Shown piece by piece: positions 51,016 through 60,204 of a DNA stretch of 64,000 bases (position 1 is its first letter; each line of letters begins with the position of its first letter). The translations under genes and the position numbers were made by a program. The notes under the pieces were generated by a model. That model was given only the letters and a program-made list of their open reading frames with translations, had not been told where the DNA came from and made no database searches. This DNA comes from Candidatus Hydrogenedens sp. (GTDB taxonomy: Bacteria; Hydrogenedentota; Hydrogenedentia; Hydrogenedentales; Hydrogenedentaceae): assembly GCA_049968235.1 (NCBI GenBank), contig JBMFRC010000010.1, forward strand, positions 1-64,000, written 5' to 3'.

Positions 51016-51864
51016 TTATCCGATTTTTTCATTACTTATGTCCTGCAAACTATCTCCTAACAGATTCAGAAGGAGTAGTATGACAACAAAAGAACAACCT
51101 GGAAAAAGTAGTAACCATGGATATTCTTCCATTACTTCTACTCCCTCGCGAATTAATACGCCGAGAGAACACATTGGGGGTTGTACTCCCAAACCGAGAA
51201 AACTCAAGAAAGCCTCCAATAGGATTACCTGGGGAATAGTTAGTGTAGTATAAACGATAACAATATTTAATAAATTGGGAATAACATGCTTAAATAAAAT
51301 ACGGGGAGTTGAAAATCCAAGTGCTTTTGCAGAATATATGAATTCCTGTTGTTTGATGGAGAGAACTTTTCCACGAACAATTCGTGCCATAGTAAGCCAT
51401 TCTACCGCACCTATGGCTATAAATAACAAGTAGAAATTTCTACCGAAAAATGTCATCAGAATAATTACAAACATTGTAAAGGGCATAGTATAAAGAATAT
51501 CTATGAAATACATCATCCATGTATCAATCCATCCACCTATATATCCTGAAATAGAACCATAAGTAACCCCAATCAATAAGGCTACCATTGTTGCACACAA
51601 TCCTACCCAGAAAGATATTTTAATGCCATAAAGTGTCCTTATAAATAAATCTCTCCCTAATAAATCTGTTCCGAACCAATGTTCAAAGGAAGGTTTTACC
51701 GCACTCAATTCAAGATTCTGTTCATCGTATGTAACATTTAAAAAAATTGGAATTATAAAAGAAGAGGTAATGATAATAAACAGGAGCAATGATGCCCATT
51801 TCCCTTTTTTATTTATATTTGGTTTAATTTTTTGAATTAAAGTTTGATATTTACACATTTTCAT
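51016..51864 (-). CDS. ABC transporter permease, OppC/DppC family
   Basis: 282 aa. N-terminal TM helix, then the family-typical EAA-loop region (AKALGFSTPRILFKHVIPN). Confidence 0.8.
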   Translation of the reverse strand: MKMCKYQTLIQKIKPNINKKGKWASLLLFIIITSSFIIPIFLNVTYDEQNLELSAVKPSFEHWFGTDLLGRDLFIRTLYGIKISFWVGLCATMVALLIGVTYGSISGYIGGWIDTWMMYFIDILYTMPFTMFVIILMTFFGRNFYLLFIAIGAVEWLTMARIVRGKVLSIKQQEFIYSAKALGFSTPRILFKHVIPNLLNIVIVYTTLTIPQVILLEAFLSFLGLGVQPPMCSLGVLIREGVEVMEEYPWLLLFPGCSFVVILLLLNLLGDSLQDISNEKIG

Positions 51865-51876
51865 CTATCTTCATAT

Positions 51877-52794
51877 TTACTCGTATGAAATCCTTGGGTC
51901 AAGAAAACCTTGAATAATATCTACAATTAAATTAAATAGGAGTATTAAAAGTGCATAGATAAAAACGATACCCATTATCATTGTATAATCACGGTTGAAA
52001 GTTGCTTCAACAAATTCTCGACCTAATCCAGGTATCTGAAAAATAGTCTCTACAATAAATGAACCTGTTAGTAGCCCTGCAGTAGCAGGTCCTAAAAATG
52101 TTACTAATGGTTGTAAAGCTCCTTTTGATGCATGAATTAATAATATTCTTTTTCCAGATGCTCCTTTTGCAATGGCAGTTCTTATATAATCTTTCTTCAT
52201 TACTTCTATTATTCCTGAACGCATGATTCGTGTGATATATGCGGAATATACAAATCCTAATGAAATAGAGGGTAAAATTTTTTGTTGTGGGAAATCCCAC
52301 CCAGCCACAGGCAGTATTTCCCATTGTAATGCAAATATAAATACTAAAACAGGACCTATAACAAAGGCGGGAATACATATTCCCAGAACAGCAAAGGAGG
52401 TAAGGCATGTATCTATCCATGTGTTTTGATAAAATGCGGATATAATACCGCATAAACAACCCACAAAAAGTGCAAAAATTAAACTATATATACCTAACTC
52501 AATAGATATGGGAAGACGCATTAAAATCCATTCTCGAATGGTGTAACTTGATTTGCGAAAAGAAGGACCGAAATCAAAATGAATAACTCCATATAAATAT
52601 CTTAAATATTGTTTTATTATGGGTTCATCCAGATGGTAGTATTCCTCTAAACTGCGTTGAACCTCTTCGGGGACATTTTTATCTCTGTCAAAAGGACCTC
52701 CGGGTGCTAAACGTATCAGAAAAAAGGTAAGTGTAATTATTGCTAATAATACAGGTATAAAAAGTAATGTTTTTCTAAGTAAATATTTCCTCAT
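51877..52794 (-). CDS. ABC transporter permease, OppB/DppB family
   Basis: 305 aa. Block IRTAIAKGASGKRILLIHASKGALQP (EAA loop). The N-terminus is typical of OppB. Confidence 0.8.
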   Translation of the reverse strand: MRKYLLRKTLLFIPVLLAIITLTFFLIRLAPGGPFDRDKNVPEEVQRSLEEYYHLDEPIIKQYLRYLYGVIHFDFGPSFRKSSYTIREWILMRLPISIELGIYSLIFALFVGCLCGIISAFYQNTWIDTCLTSFAVLGICIPAFVIGPVLVFIFALQWEILPVAGWDFPQQKILPSISLGFVYSAYITRIMRSGIIEVMKKDYIRTAIAKGASGKRILLIHASKGALQPLVTFLGPATAGLLTGSFIVETIFQIPGLGREFVEATFNRDYTMIMGIVFIYALLILLFNLIVDIIQGFLDPRISYE

Positions 52795-52810
52795 TAATAT
52801 TCTTTCTGAA

Positions 52811-54421
52811 TTAATTTTGCAAGTTTTTTATCTTTAATTCCTGCCATCGGATATAACCAAGGACATTAGGAGTAAAATTTGATACTCTGGAAGAAATCAA
52901 TATTTTCCATGTGTAAAAATATATGGGTATTATTGGTAATTCATCTAACAGTATTTTTTCTGCTTGAAACATAATAGCATTTCTTTTTTGTTCATCTGCC
53001 TCTCTATATGCTTGTTCTATAAGAGTATCAAACTGCTTATTTTCCCATCCTGTTCTATTGTTCCCACCATAACTTAAAAAACATTCGAGAAAATTTATTG
53101 GGTCAAGAAAGTCGGCAATCCATGCGGAACGAGCAATTTGATAGTCTAATTGATTCATCGAAGATAGATATACCTTCCAGTCTTGATTTAATAGTTTAAT
53201 GTCGATATTTAAATGTTTTTTCCACATTCTTTGAATCGCTTCTGCTATGAGTTTATGGGCTTCAGAAGTATTAAAAAGAATTTCAATTGTCGGGAAATTT
53301 TCCCCATTGGGATAACCTGCTTCTGCAAGGAGTTGTTGGGCATATCCAGGATTGTAGGTAATATCCTGTGGAGATTTATAAATGCCCATTCCGTCAGGTA
53401 CATAATGCGTTGCGGGTTGCTCTCCACCTTTCAAGACAAATTCTGTAATTTGTTGGCGGTCTATCGAATATGCCAGTGCTTTTCTTACTAAAGGATTATT
53501 TAAAACAGGATGTTTTACATTAACTCTATAGTAATATACGCCGATGTAAGGATGAAGGATTAAGGATTGAGGTTGGTTGATTTTATAGTATTCTAATTTT
53601 CTCAAAGGAATTGTGCTTGTTAAATCCAGATAATTTATTCTAAAAAGGCGTTCTTCTGTCATCTGATTATCTATGGGATAAAAAGATATCGTATCTATAG
53701 AAACATTATTTTTATTCCAATAAAATGGGTTCTTTTTAACCCGTATAATTTTATTAGGTGTCCATTCTTCTAATTGATAAGGACCATTACTTACATGATT
53801 GCCTGTGTGTGTCCATGGATTATTTCTTTCATTAATGATGCCGTATTTTTCTACTGTTTTTTTATGTATGGGAAACCATATATTATGTACTTGCATTTTC
53901 AAAAAATATGTGGTGGGGTATTCGAGTTCTATTTTTAGTGTATTTTCATCAATTGCTATAACTCCCACATTTGCGAAATTTTCTATTTGCCCTTCATAAA
54001 ATTTTTTTGCATTTTTGATGCAAAAAAGGAGATATGCATATTCAGATGATAGTTTTGGAGAGAGTATTCTTTCCCATGAGTTTATAAAATCTTGAGCAGT
54101 AACAGGGTCGCCATTAGACCAACAGGCGTTTTTTCTTAGGTAGAAAGTATAATTCTTTTTATCGTCAGAAATTACCCATTTTTCTGCCACTGCGGGTATT
54201 GGCTCTAATGTCTTTGGGTCAAGAGATGTTAACCCTTCAAAAAGAGCACTTAAAACACGATGCTCCGTTACTCCTGAAACAGTTGCAGGGTCTAAATCCT
54301 GAACCTCTGCCCCATTCCCTACAAATAATTCGTTATCGTTTTTTGGTTTATATGATGAACAAGAGAGACAAATTACTACAAGTAATATTATTACAGATAT
54401 GTAATATTTTTCATTGAGCAT
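52811..54421 (-). CDS. ABC transporter substrate-binding protein, family 5 (Opp/Dpp-like; peptide or oligosaccharide)
   Basis: 536 aa. Lipoprotein-like signal (LSCSSY). Family-5 SBP architecture. The ligand is not inferable from sequence. Confidence 0.75.
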   Translation of the reverse strand: MLNEKYYISVIILLVVICLSCSSYKPKNDNELFVGNGAEVQDLDPATVSGVTEHRVLSALFEGLTSLDPKTLEPIPAVAEKWVISDDKKNYTFYLRKNACWSNGDPVTAQDFINSWERILSPKLSSEYAYLLFCIKNAKKFYEGQIENFANVGVIAIDENTLKIELEYPTTYFLKMQVHNIWFPIHKKTVEKYGIINERNNPWTHTGNHVSNGPYQLEEWTPNKIIRVKKNPFYWNKNNVSIDTISFYPIDNQMTEERLFRINYLDLTSTIPLRKLEYYKINQPQSLILHPYIGVYYYRVNVKHPVLNNPLVRKALAYSIDRQQITEFVLKGGEQPATHYVPDGMGIYKSPQDITYNPGYAQQLLAEAGYPNGENFPTIEILFNTSEAHKLIAEAIQRMWKKHLNIDIKLLNQDWKVYLSSMNQLDYQIARSAWIADFLDPINFLECFLSYGGNNRTGWENKQFDTLIEQAYREADEQKRNAIMFQAEKILLDELPIIPIYFYTWKILISSRVSNFTPNVLGYIRWQELKIKNLQN

Positions 54422-54430
54422 GTTGTTCGT

Positions 54431-55903
54431 TTATTTGTCCCACTTATCCCATGGAGCCGGATTTATTGGCTTATATTCTTCAAGTATAAAGGAATTTGCG
54501 ATAACTTCCCGTATTTCTTGCGGTGATTTTAGGGCTCCAACGGCTAGTGCTTGAACACCGATATTCCCTAATACGGTTGCTTCTATGGGACCTGCTATAA
54601 CAGGGATATTACATGCATCCGAAGTCATTTGACATAGAAGTTTATTCTGCACACCTCCACCAACAATATGTAATTTTTTTATCTCGCAATTTAATAATTT
54701 ATTTAATGATTTAATTGTTTGCCGATAATTTAATGCTAAACTTTCGAGGGCACATCGGACAATTTCTCCTTTAGTTTGGGGGATGTTAAATCCTAATTCT
54801 TCGCATATTGTTTGTATGGCTTGGGGCATATTTTCAGGGGCTAATAGTCTTGGTTCATTGACTGGAATAAGAGATTTAAAAGGTTCGGCTTCTTCGGCTT
54901 CTTTTGTCATTTGGTCATACGAAATTTGAAGTCCTTCACGTTCCCATGTTCTTCTACATTCTTGAACAAGCCATAATCCAAATATATTTTTCAGGTAACG
55001 GATTTTGTTACCTACACCTCCTTCATTTGTAAACCCTGCTTCCATACTTTCTTTTGTAATATTGGGTTCATTGAGTTCTGTCCCTAATAATGACCATGTG
55101 CCACTGGATAAGTATGCCCAGGGTTCAGATGTATCTATAATCGGGATAGCAGAAACTGCACATGCGGTATCATGTGTAGCAGGGGTTATAACAGGTGTTT
55201 CGGGAGAAATACCTGTATAATGAGCAATTTCGGGGAGTAAACCTCCCAGTATTGTTCCCGGTGGAATAATTTCTTCTAATATATTTTCGGGTATTGAAAA
55301 TTTTTTTATTAATTCCTTGCTCCAATTTCTTTGTTTTGCATCCAACATTTGTGTAGTGGAAGCATTTGTATATTCACAGGAACGAACTCCACTTAACAGA
55401 TAACCGAATAAATCTCCCATTAAAAGAAGAGAGTCTGCTATTTTCAAAAAAGGTGATTTTGTTTTTATTAAACTTAGAATTTGAAATAATGAATTGAATG
55501 GTAAAAATTGTATGCCTGTAATTTTATATATCTCTTCTTTAGGTAGGATGGAAAAAGCATAGTCCATCATATCCTGTGTTCGTTTATCCCTGTAATGTAC
55601 CGGGTTGGCTATTACAGAACCATCTTCGGCAATTAAACCGAAATCAACTCCCCATGTATCTACGCCCATACCATCTAAATCGGATGTATATTCTTTTGCA
55701 CATTTTCTTAACGCAAAACACATTTCTTCATAAATGCGTGCTAAATCCCATTGACGAACACCTAACATTATTAAACCTTCAGTTCTGAATCGATGAATTA
55801 CCTGTAAATCTATTTTATGGTCTTTTAATGTTCCTAATACTGCCCTTCCACTTTCGGCACCTAAATCAAATGCTAAAAATTGGTATACTTTTTTACTCAT
55901 CAT
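54431..55903 (-). CDS. rhaB: Rhamnulokinase (FGGY kinase family)
   Basis: Blocks shared with E. coli RhaB as recalled: DLGAESGR, IHRF, VDTWGVDF, GIQFLPFNSL, EYTNASTTQ, SSGTWSLLG, TNEGG, LKNIFGLWL, HIVGGGVQN, AGPIEATVLGNIG. 490 aa. Confidence 0.8.
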   Translation of the reverse strand: MMSKKVYQFLAFDLGAESGRAVLGTLKDHKIDLQVIHRFRTEGLIMLGVRQWDLARIYEEMCFALRKCAKEYTSDLDGMGVDTWGVDFGLIAEDGSVIANPVHYRDKRTQDMMDYAFSILPKEEIYKITGIQFLPFNSLFQILSLIKTKSPFLKIADSLLLMGDLFGYLLSGVRSCEYTNASTTQMLDAKQRNWSKELIKKFSIPENILEEIIPPGTILGGLLPEIAHYTGISPETPVITPATHDTACAVSAIPIIDTSEPWAYLSSGTWSLLGTELNEPNITKESMEAGFTNEGGVGNKIRYLKNIFGLWLVQECRRTWEREGLQISYDQMTKEAEEAEPFKSLIPVNEPRLLAPENMPQAIQTICEELGFNIPQTKGEIVRCALESLALNYRQTIKSLNKLLNCEIKKLHIVGGGVQNKLLCQMTSDACNIPVIAGPIEATVLGNIGVQALAVGALKSPQEIREVIANSFILEEYKPINPAPWDKWDK

Positions 55904-55956
55904 TAATACCCTTTCTTTTACGAATCTTTATTATGTCTTCTATTTTATTCATAATT

Positions 55957-56958
55957 TTAATCAATTACAACTACACCACTTCCATTAAGAATACCATTTT
56001 TTAATTTTTGAAGTATCTGGTTGGAATATACTAAAGATGTTTTTTCAACATGCGTTTTGATGGGTATATTCTTAACTTCTTCAAATAATTCCTGACCATC
56101 ATTTCTTGTGTTTGCTGAGACAGAAATAATTTGTTTTTCATAAAAAAGATGCTTTTCATATTCCAGAGAAGGTGTATCTGACATGTATATACCGGCTAAA
56201 ACGAGTTTACCTCCTTTTTTTAAGTATTGTAAGGATGTAGGGATAAGATTTCCATTTGGGGCAAAGATTATTGATGCATCGGGCAAATCTGGCATTTTTG
56301 ATGGGTTATTATCTGTCCAATCAGCACCTAATTCTTTTGCTAATTTCTGGTGATTTTCTTTTCGACTTACTACAAATACAGAAGCACCTTTTGCTTTTGC
56401 AATTTGTAATATAATATGAGCGGAAGCACCAAAACCATAAAGAGCCACTATTTGTCCTTTTTTAATTTCCGATTTTTTCCATGCCCTATACCCTATTATT
56501 CCTGCACAAAGTAACGGGGCTGTTTTTATATCATCCAAATTATTCGGTAGTGGATAGGCATAATCTTCATGTATTAAGGTGTATTCTGCATAACCTCCAT
56601 GTTCATGGTAACCCGTATATAAACTATGCTCGCATAAATTTTCTTTCTCTGTTTTACAAAAAGAACAGATTCCACAGGTTTTTCTTAGCCATGCAATTCC
56701 TACCTTATCCCCTATTCTAAATTTTGTGCATTTGTTCCCTGTTTTTTCTACAACACCTATAATCTGATGTCCTGGGATTATAGGTAATCTTTTGGCATGT
56801 AATTCACCTTCAATAATATGCAGGTCTGTTCTACAAATAGCACAACATATTACTTTTATCAACAGCTCTTTTTCATTAGGTTCGGGGATATCCCATTCTT
56901 CTATAGTTAATGGAGAAGTCTCAATAGAATTCTGTTCCCTTAAAACCATCGCTTTCAT
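55957..56958 (-). CDS. Zinc-dependent alcohol dehydrogenase (MDR superfamily)
   Basis: Catalytic Zn ligands (CAICRTDLH, GHQIIG), structural Zn Cys cluster (CGICSFCKTEKENLC), NAD-binding GFGASAHI. 333 aa. Confidence 0.75.
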   Translation of the reverse strand: MKAMVLREQNSIETSPLTIEEWDIPEPNEKELLIKVICCAICRTDLHIIEGELHAKRLPIIPGHQIIGVVEKTGNKCTKFRIGDKVGIAWLRKTCGICSFCKTEKENLCEHSLYTGYHEHGGYAEYTLIHEDYAYPLPNNLDDIKTAPLLCAGIIGYRAWKKSEIKKGQIVALYGFGASAHIILQIAKAKGASVFVVSRKENHQKLAKELGADWTDNNPSKMPDLPDASIIFAPNGNLIPTSLQYLKKGGKLVLAGIYMSDTPSLEYEKHLFYEKQIISVSANTRNDGQELFEEVKNIPIKTHVEKTSLVYSNQILQKLKNGILNGSGVVVID

Positions 56959-57034
56959 ATTTATTTTCCCTTATACGGTAACATTTTCTGCTTTTTATGT
57001 ATTATAATATAATAAGATTTGTAAGGAATAGACT

Positions 57035-57331
57035 ATGATAAAACAACCTGTGCCATATAAAAGAATTATTTTTGTTTGCACGAATAAAAAAGAAGATTTA
57101 TCAAAGCCATGTTGTGCTGCTAAAAAAGGTGAGGAAATAGCAACAAAATTAAAGCAGATTGTACGAGAAAGAAATTTGAAGGACCAAATTCGAGTTTCCA
57201 AATCAGGTTGTATGGGCAAATGTGAGCATGGACCGAATCTTATGGTTTACCCGGAAGGTATCTGGTATAGTAATATTAAAGAAGAAGATTTACAATTTCT
57301 TTTTGATGAACTACTAAAACCTTTATTATAA
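57035..57331 (+). CDS. Thioredoxin-like [2Fe-2S] ferredoxin (NuoE/HoxF-N-like small protein)
   Basis: Cys pattern IIFVCTN...PCCAAK...SGCMGKCEHGPNLMVYPEGIWY is typical of thioredoxin-fold 2Fe-2S ferredoxins. 98 aa. Confidence 0.6.
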   Translation: MIKQPVPYKRIIFVCTNKKEDLSKPCCAAKKGEEIATKLKQIVRERNLKDQIRVSKSGCMGKCEHGPNLMVYPEGIWYSNIKEEDLQFLFDELLKPLL

Positions 57332-57411
57332 TCATATCTGCTGACCCTAAATTATCTTTAAGATAAACTTTATGTTGTATGTATACTGTCAAAATTAAAA
57401 TTTATGAATGC

Positions 57412-57495
57412 GGAGGGTTAGGATAATTGGTAATCCACCGGTCTTGAAAACCGGCGCCTTCGGGCTTGGGGGTTCGAGTCCCCCACCCTCCGCCA
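57412..57495 (+). tRNA. tRNA-Ser (anticodon TGA), long variable arm, CCA-encoded
   Basis: Acceptor GGAGGGT/ACCCTCC, D-arm GGAT-AATTGGTA-ATCC, anticodon stem CCGGT/ACCGG with loop CTTGAAA (anticodon TGA), variable arm CGCCTTCGGGC, T-arm GGGGG-TTCGAGT-CCCCC, discriminator G, then CCA. Confidence 0.8.
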
Positions 57496-57522
57496 TTTTT
57501 CTTAACATTTAGGAGGAATATT

Positions 57523-58497
57523 ATGAATGTAGGAATTTTAGGATGCGGGACAATGGGACGGCTACATGCAGAAATGGCTGGGAAATGTGGTCTTAAGGTG
57601 GTCCAATGTTCTGATGTTAATTCTCAAAGTGGTAAAGCGTTGGCAAAAAATTTTAAAGCCAGATTCGTGAAGAATTGGGAAAATATTGTAGCAGATAAAG
57701 ATGTGGATATAATCGCAATAGCCACACCTACACCGTTACATTTTCCCATGCTGGATATGGCAATAAAAAAAGGGAAATATATCTTTTGTGAAAAACCTCT
57801 TTGCAGGACTGTGGAGGAGTGCAAAAAAGTTATTCAAAAAGCAGAAAAAGCAAAAGTTAAACTTTTTGTGGGGCATGTTGTCCGTTATTTCCATGAATTT
57901 GAGGCAATTCAGGAACAGATTAAATCAGGAAAAATCGGTGATGTAGGTTTTATTAAAATGTATCGTGGAGGAATGCCACCGCAAGGTAAGAACAATTGGT
58001 TCTGTGATTTTTCAAAAAGTGGTGGGGTTACATTTGATTGTATGATACATGATATTGACTGGCTACGGTATATCTTTGGTGAGGTTAAAACGGTATATTG
58101 CCAAAATCTTATAGAAAAGAATTGTGCACCTTTAGATTATTCCCAGGTAACAGTTCGTATGCAAAATGGTGTTCTGGCTCTGGTTATCGGTACATGGGCT
58201 CATCCCTCGGGATTTCGCGTTAAAGTTGAAGTATGTGGTAGTGATGGTCTTATGTATTACGATAATATGGAAACCCCTTTAGAAGTTCAGTTAAGGGAAC
58301 AAAGTAAACGGCAAGGAACAATTGTTCCCGAAAGTCCTGTAATAAAAAGCCCTTATCAAAAAGAATGGGAAGATTTTATAAACTGGATTAAAAACGGTAA
58401 AGAGCCACGCGTTTCTATGTATGATGCACTCAAGGCAGTAGAAATCGTAAGTGCATGTCTTCGTTCTGCAAAAATTAAACAACCTGTGAATTTATAA
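57523..58497 (+). CDS. Gfo/Idh/MocA-family NAD(P)-dependent oxidoreductase
   Basis: Rossmann N-terminus MNVGILGCGTMGRLHA, then the EKP motif (FCEKPLC). The start is placed at the ATG at 57523 after AGGAGG; the track ORF starting at 57466 would overlap the tRNA-Ser gene. Confidence 0.75.
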   Translation: MNVGILGCGTMGRLHAEMAGKCGLKVVQCSDVNSQSGKALAKNFKARFVKNWENIVADKDVDIIAIATPTPLHFPMLDMAIKKGKYIFCEKPLCRTVEECKKVIQKAEKAKVKLFVGHVVRYFHEFEAIQEQIKSGKIGDVGFIKMYRGGMPPQGKNNWFCDFSKSGGVTFDCMIHDIDWLRYIFGEVKTVYCQNLIEKNCAPLDYSQVTVRMQNGVLALVIGTWAHPSGFRVKVEVCGSDGLMYYDNMETPLEVQLREQSKRQGTIVPESPVIKSPYQKEWEDFINWIKNGKEPRVSMYDALKAVEIVSACLRSAKIKQPVNL

Positions 58498-58509
58498 GGA
58501 GGAAATAAC

Positions 58510-59508
58510 ATGGTTAAACTCGGGATTATGAGTTTTGCTCATTTACATGCTTATAGTTATGCACATTGTGTCAATCTAATTCCTGATGTGGAATTGACTG
58601 CTATCTGGGATGATGATAAGGAAAGAGGGAAAGAAGCTAGTAAACAATATCAAACAAATTTTGTTGAAAATTTGGATGAGTTTTTAAGTCTTCCCATAGA
58701 TGGTGTCATTATTACATCCGAAAATGTTAACCATAAACCTATGACGATAAAATCGGCAGAAGCAGGGAAATGGGTACTTTGCGAAAAACCCCTTGCTACA
58801 ACTATTGAGGATGCTATGTTAATGATAAATACCTGTAGAAAAGCGGGTGTGGGTTTGGGCGTTGCTTTCCCTTGCCGATTTTTAACTCCCATTTTGAAGG
58901 CTAAGGAATATATAAAGTCAGGAAAATTGGGAACGATTCTTTCAATCTCCTGCACGAACAATGGTTCATATCCCGGTGGTTGGTTCGGTGATGTGAAACT
59001 ATCGGGAGGTGGAGCGGTAATGGACCATACGGTACATGTTGCTGACCTTTTAAGATGGATGCTGGACAGAGAATTTGATAGCGTATATTGTGAATTGGGC
59101 AATCAAATGCATAAGGGAATTTTGGAAACGGATGACATGGGTTGTTTGCAATTAGAAATGGAAGGGGGTATCCAAGTATCTCATATTGCGAGTTGGAACC
59201 GGCCGAAGAGTTTCCCAACATGGGGCGATGTAACAATGGAGTTTATAGGAACAAAAGGTGTTTTATATCTGGATGCATTTAATCAGAAATTGAACATATA
59301 TAGCGATTTTGCGATGAAAACGGAATGGGGATTTTGGGGAGATAATCCTGATTTGGGATTAATTCAGGATTTTGTAAAATCTATACAGGAGAAAAGAGAC
59401 CCCATGTCAAAAGGAATTGATGGTTTGCGTTCTGTGGAAGTTACTGTATTTGCATATGAGTCGTATAAGGCTGGCAAAAGGATTAAAATAAAAAAAGCAA
59501 AATGTTAG
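58510..59508 (+). CDS. Gfo/Idh/MocA-family oxidoreductase (second paralog)
   Basis: VKLGIMSFAHLHAYSY..., CEKPLATT (EKP motif), and a C-terminal alpha/beta domain. 332 aa. Confidence 0.75.
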   Translation: MVKLGIMSFAHLHAYSYAHCVNLIPDVELTAIWDDDKERGKEASKQYQTNFVENLDEFLSLPIDGVIITSENVNHKPMTIKSAEAGKWVLCEKPLATTIEDAMLMINTCRKAGVGLGVAFPCRFLTPILKAKEYIKSGKLGTILSISCTNNGSYPGGWFGDVKLSGGGAVMDHTVHVADLLRWMLDREFDSVYCELGNQMHKGILETDDMGCLQLEMEGGIQVSHIASWNRPKSFPTWGDVTMEFIGTKGVLYLDAFNQKLNIYSDFAMKTEWGFWGDNPDLGLIQDFVKSIQEKRDPMSKGIDGLRSVEVTVFAYESYKAGKRIKIKKAKC

Positions 59509-59512
59509 ATTG

Positions 59513-60082
59513 TTATGAAATTTGTTTTTTCCACTTGTAAAGTATATCGTAAAGAATAATTCCGAAACTGGTTGCAACATTGATAGTATTTTTATAACCG
59601 TACATAGGGATATGAATAATATCATCAGCAATTTTTAATACCTTTTCCTGAACCCCCATCACTTCGTTTCCAAAAACAATTGCTACAGGTGAATGCCAGT
59701 TGTAATCAAAACAGGATTTTGAGTTCTCAGTAATCTCTATTGCAACAACAGGAATAGATTTTTCTTTTAATCCCATTATACAATCTTTTGTCCGTTCATA
59801 ATAACTCCATGGGATATATTCATGGGCTCCTAATGCGGTTTTTTCTATTTTCTTATGGGGAGGATGTGCAGACATACCACAGAGATATATATGTTCTACC
59901 GCACCTGCATCTGCGGTTCTGAAAATGGAACCTACATTATAGGCACTTCTTAAATTGTCCAGTATTACATGAATAGGATTTCGCTCTATGGGATGTAAAG
60001 AAGTAATATCCAATCCCTTATAAAAAGGTTCCTGAGGAGAATAAGGAATAGGGTCTCGTTTGAACTGTTCTAATTCATCCAT
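59513..60082 (-). CDS. SpoU/TrmH-family RNA 2'-O-methyltransferase
   Basis: SPOUT motifs: LDNLRSAYNVGSIFRTADAGAV (motif 1), IVFGNEVMGV (motif 2), INVATSFGIILY (motif 3). 189 aa. Confidence 0.7.
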   Translation of the reverse strand: MDELEQFKRDPIPYSPQEPFYKGLDITSLHPIERNPIHVILDNLRSAYNVGSIFRTADAGAVEHIYLCGMSAHPPHKKIEKTALGAHEYIPWSYYERTKDCIMGLKEKSIPVVAIEITENSKSCFDYNWHSPVAIVFGNEVMGVQEKVLKIADDIIHIPMYGYKNTINVATSFGIILYDILYKWKKQIS

Positions 60083-60096
60083 ATTTCTAGGAAAGT

Positions 60097-60125
60097 TTAA
60101 ACCTTTATAAAAAGTGTGCTATAAT
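60097..60125 (+). promoter_or_regulatory. Candidate sigma-70 promoter with extended -10 (TGcTATAAT) upstream of serC
   Basis: TG at 60117-60118, TATAAT at 60120-60125. A weak -35-like TTTAAA lies about 17 nt upstream. The element is 80 nt upstream of the serC ATG in a divergent intergenic region. Confidence 0.25.
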
Positions 60126-60204
60126 TATTGAAATTATAGAATTTGGGCTTCATTTTACTAAAATCTCAACAATCAATTCACTTTTAATCTTTTAGGAGAA
60201 TAAT

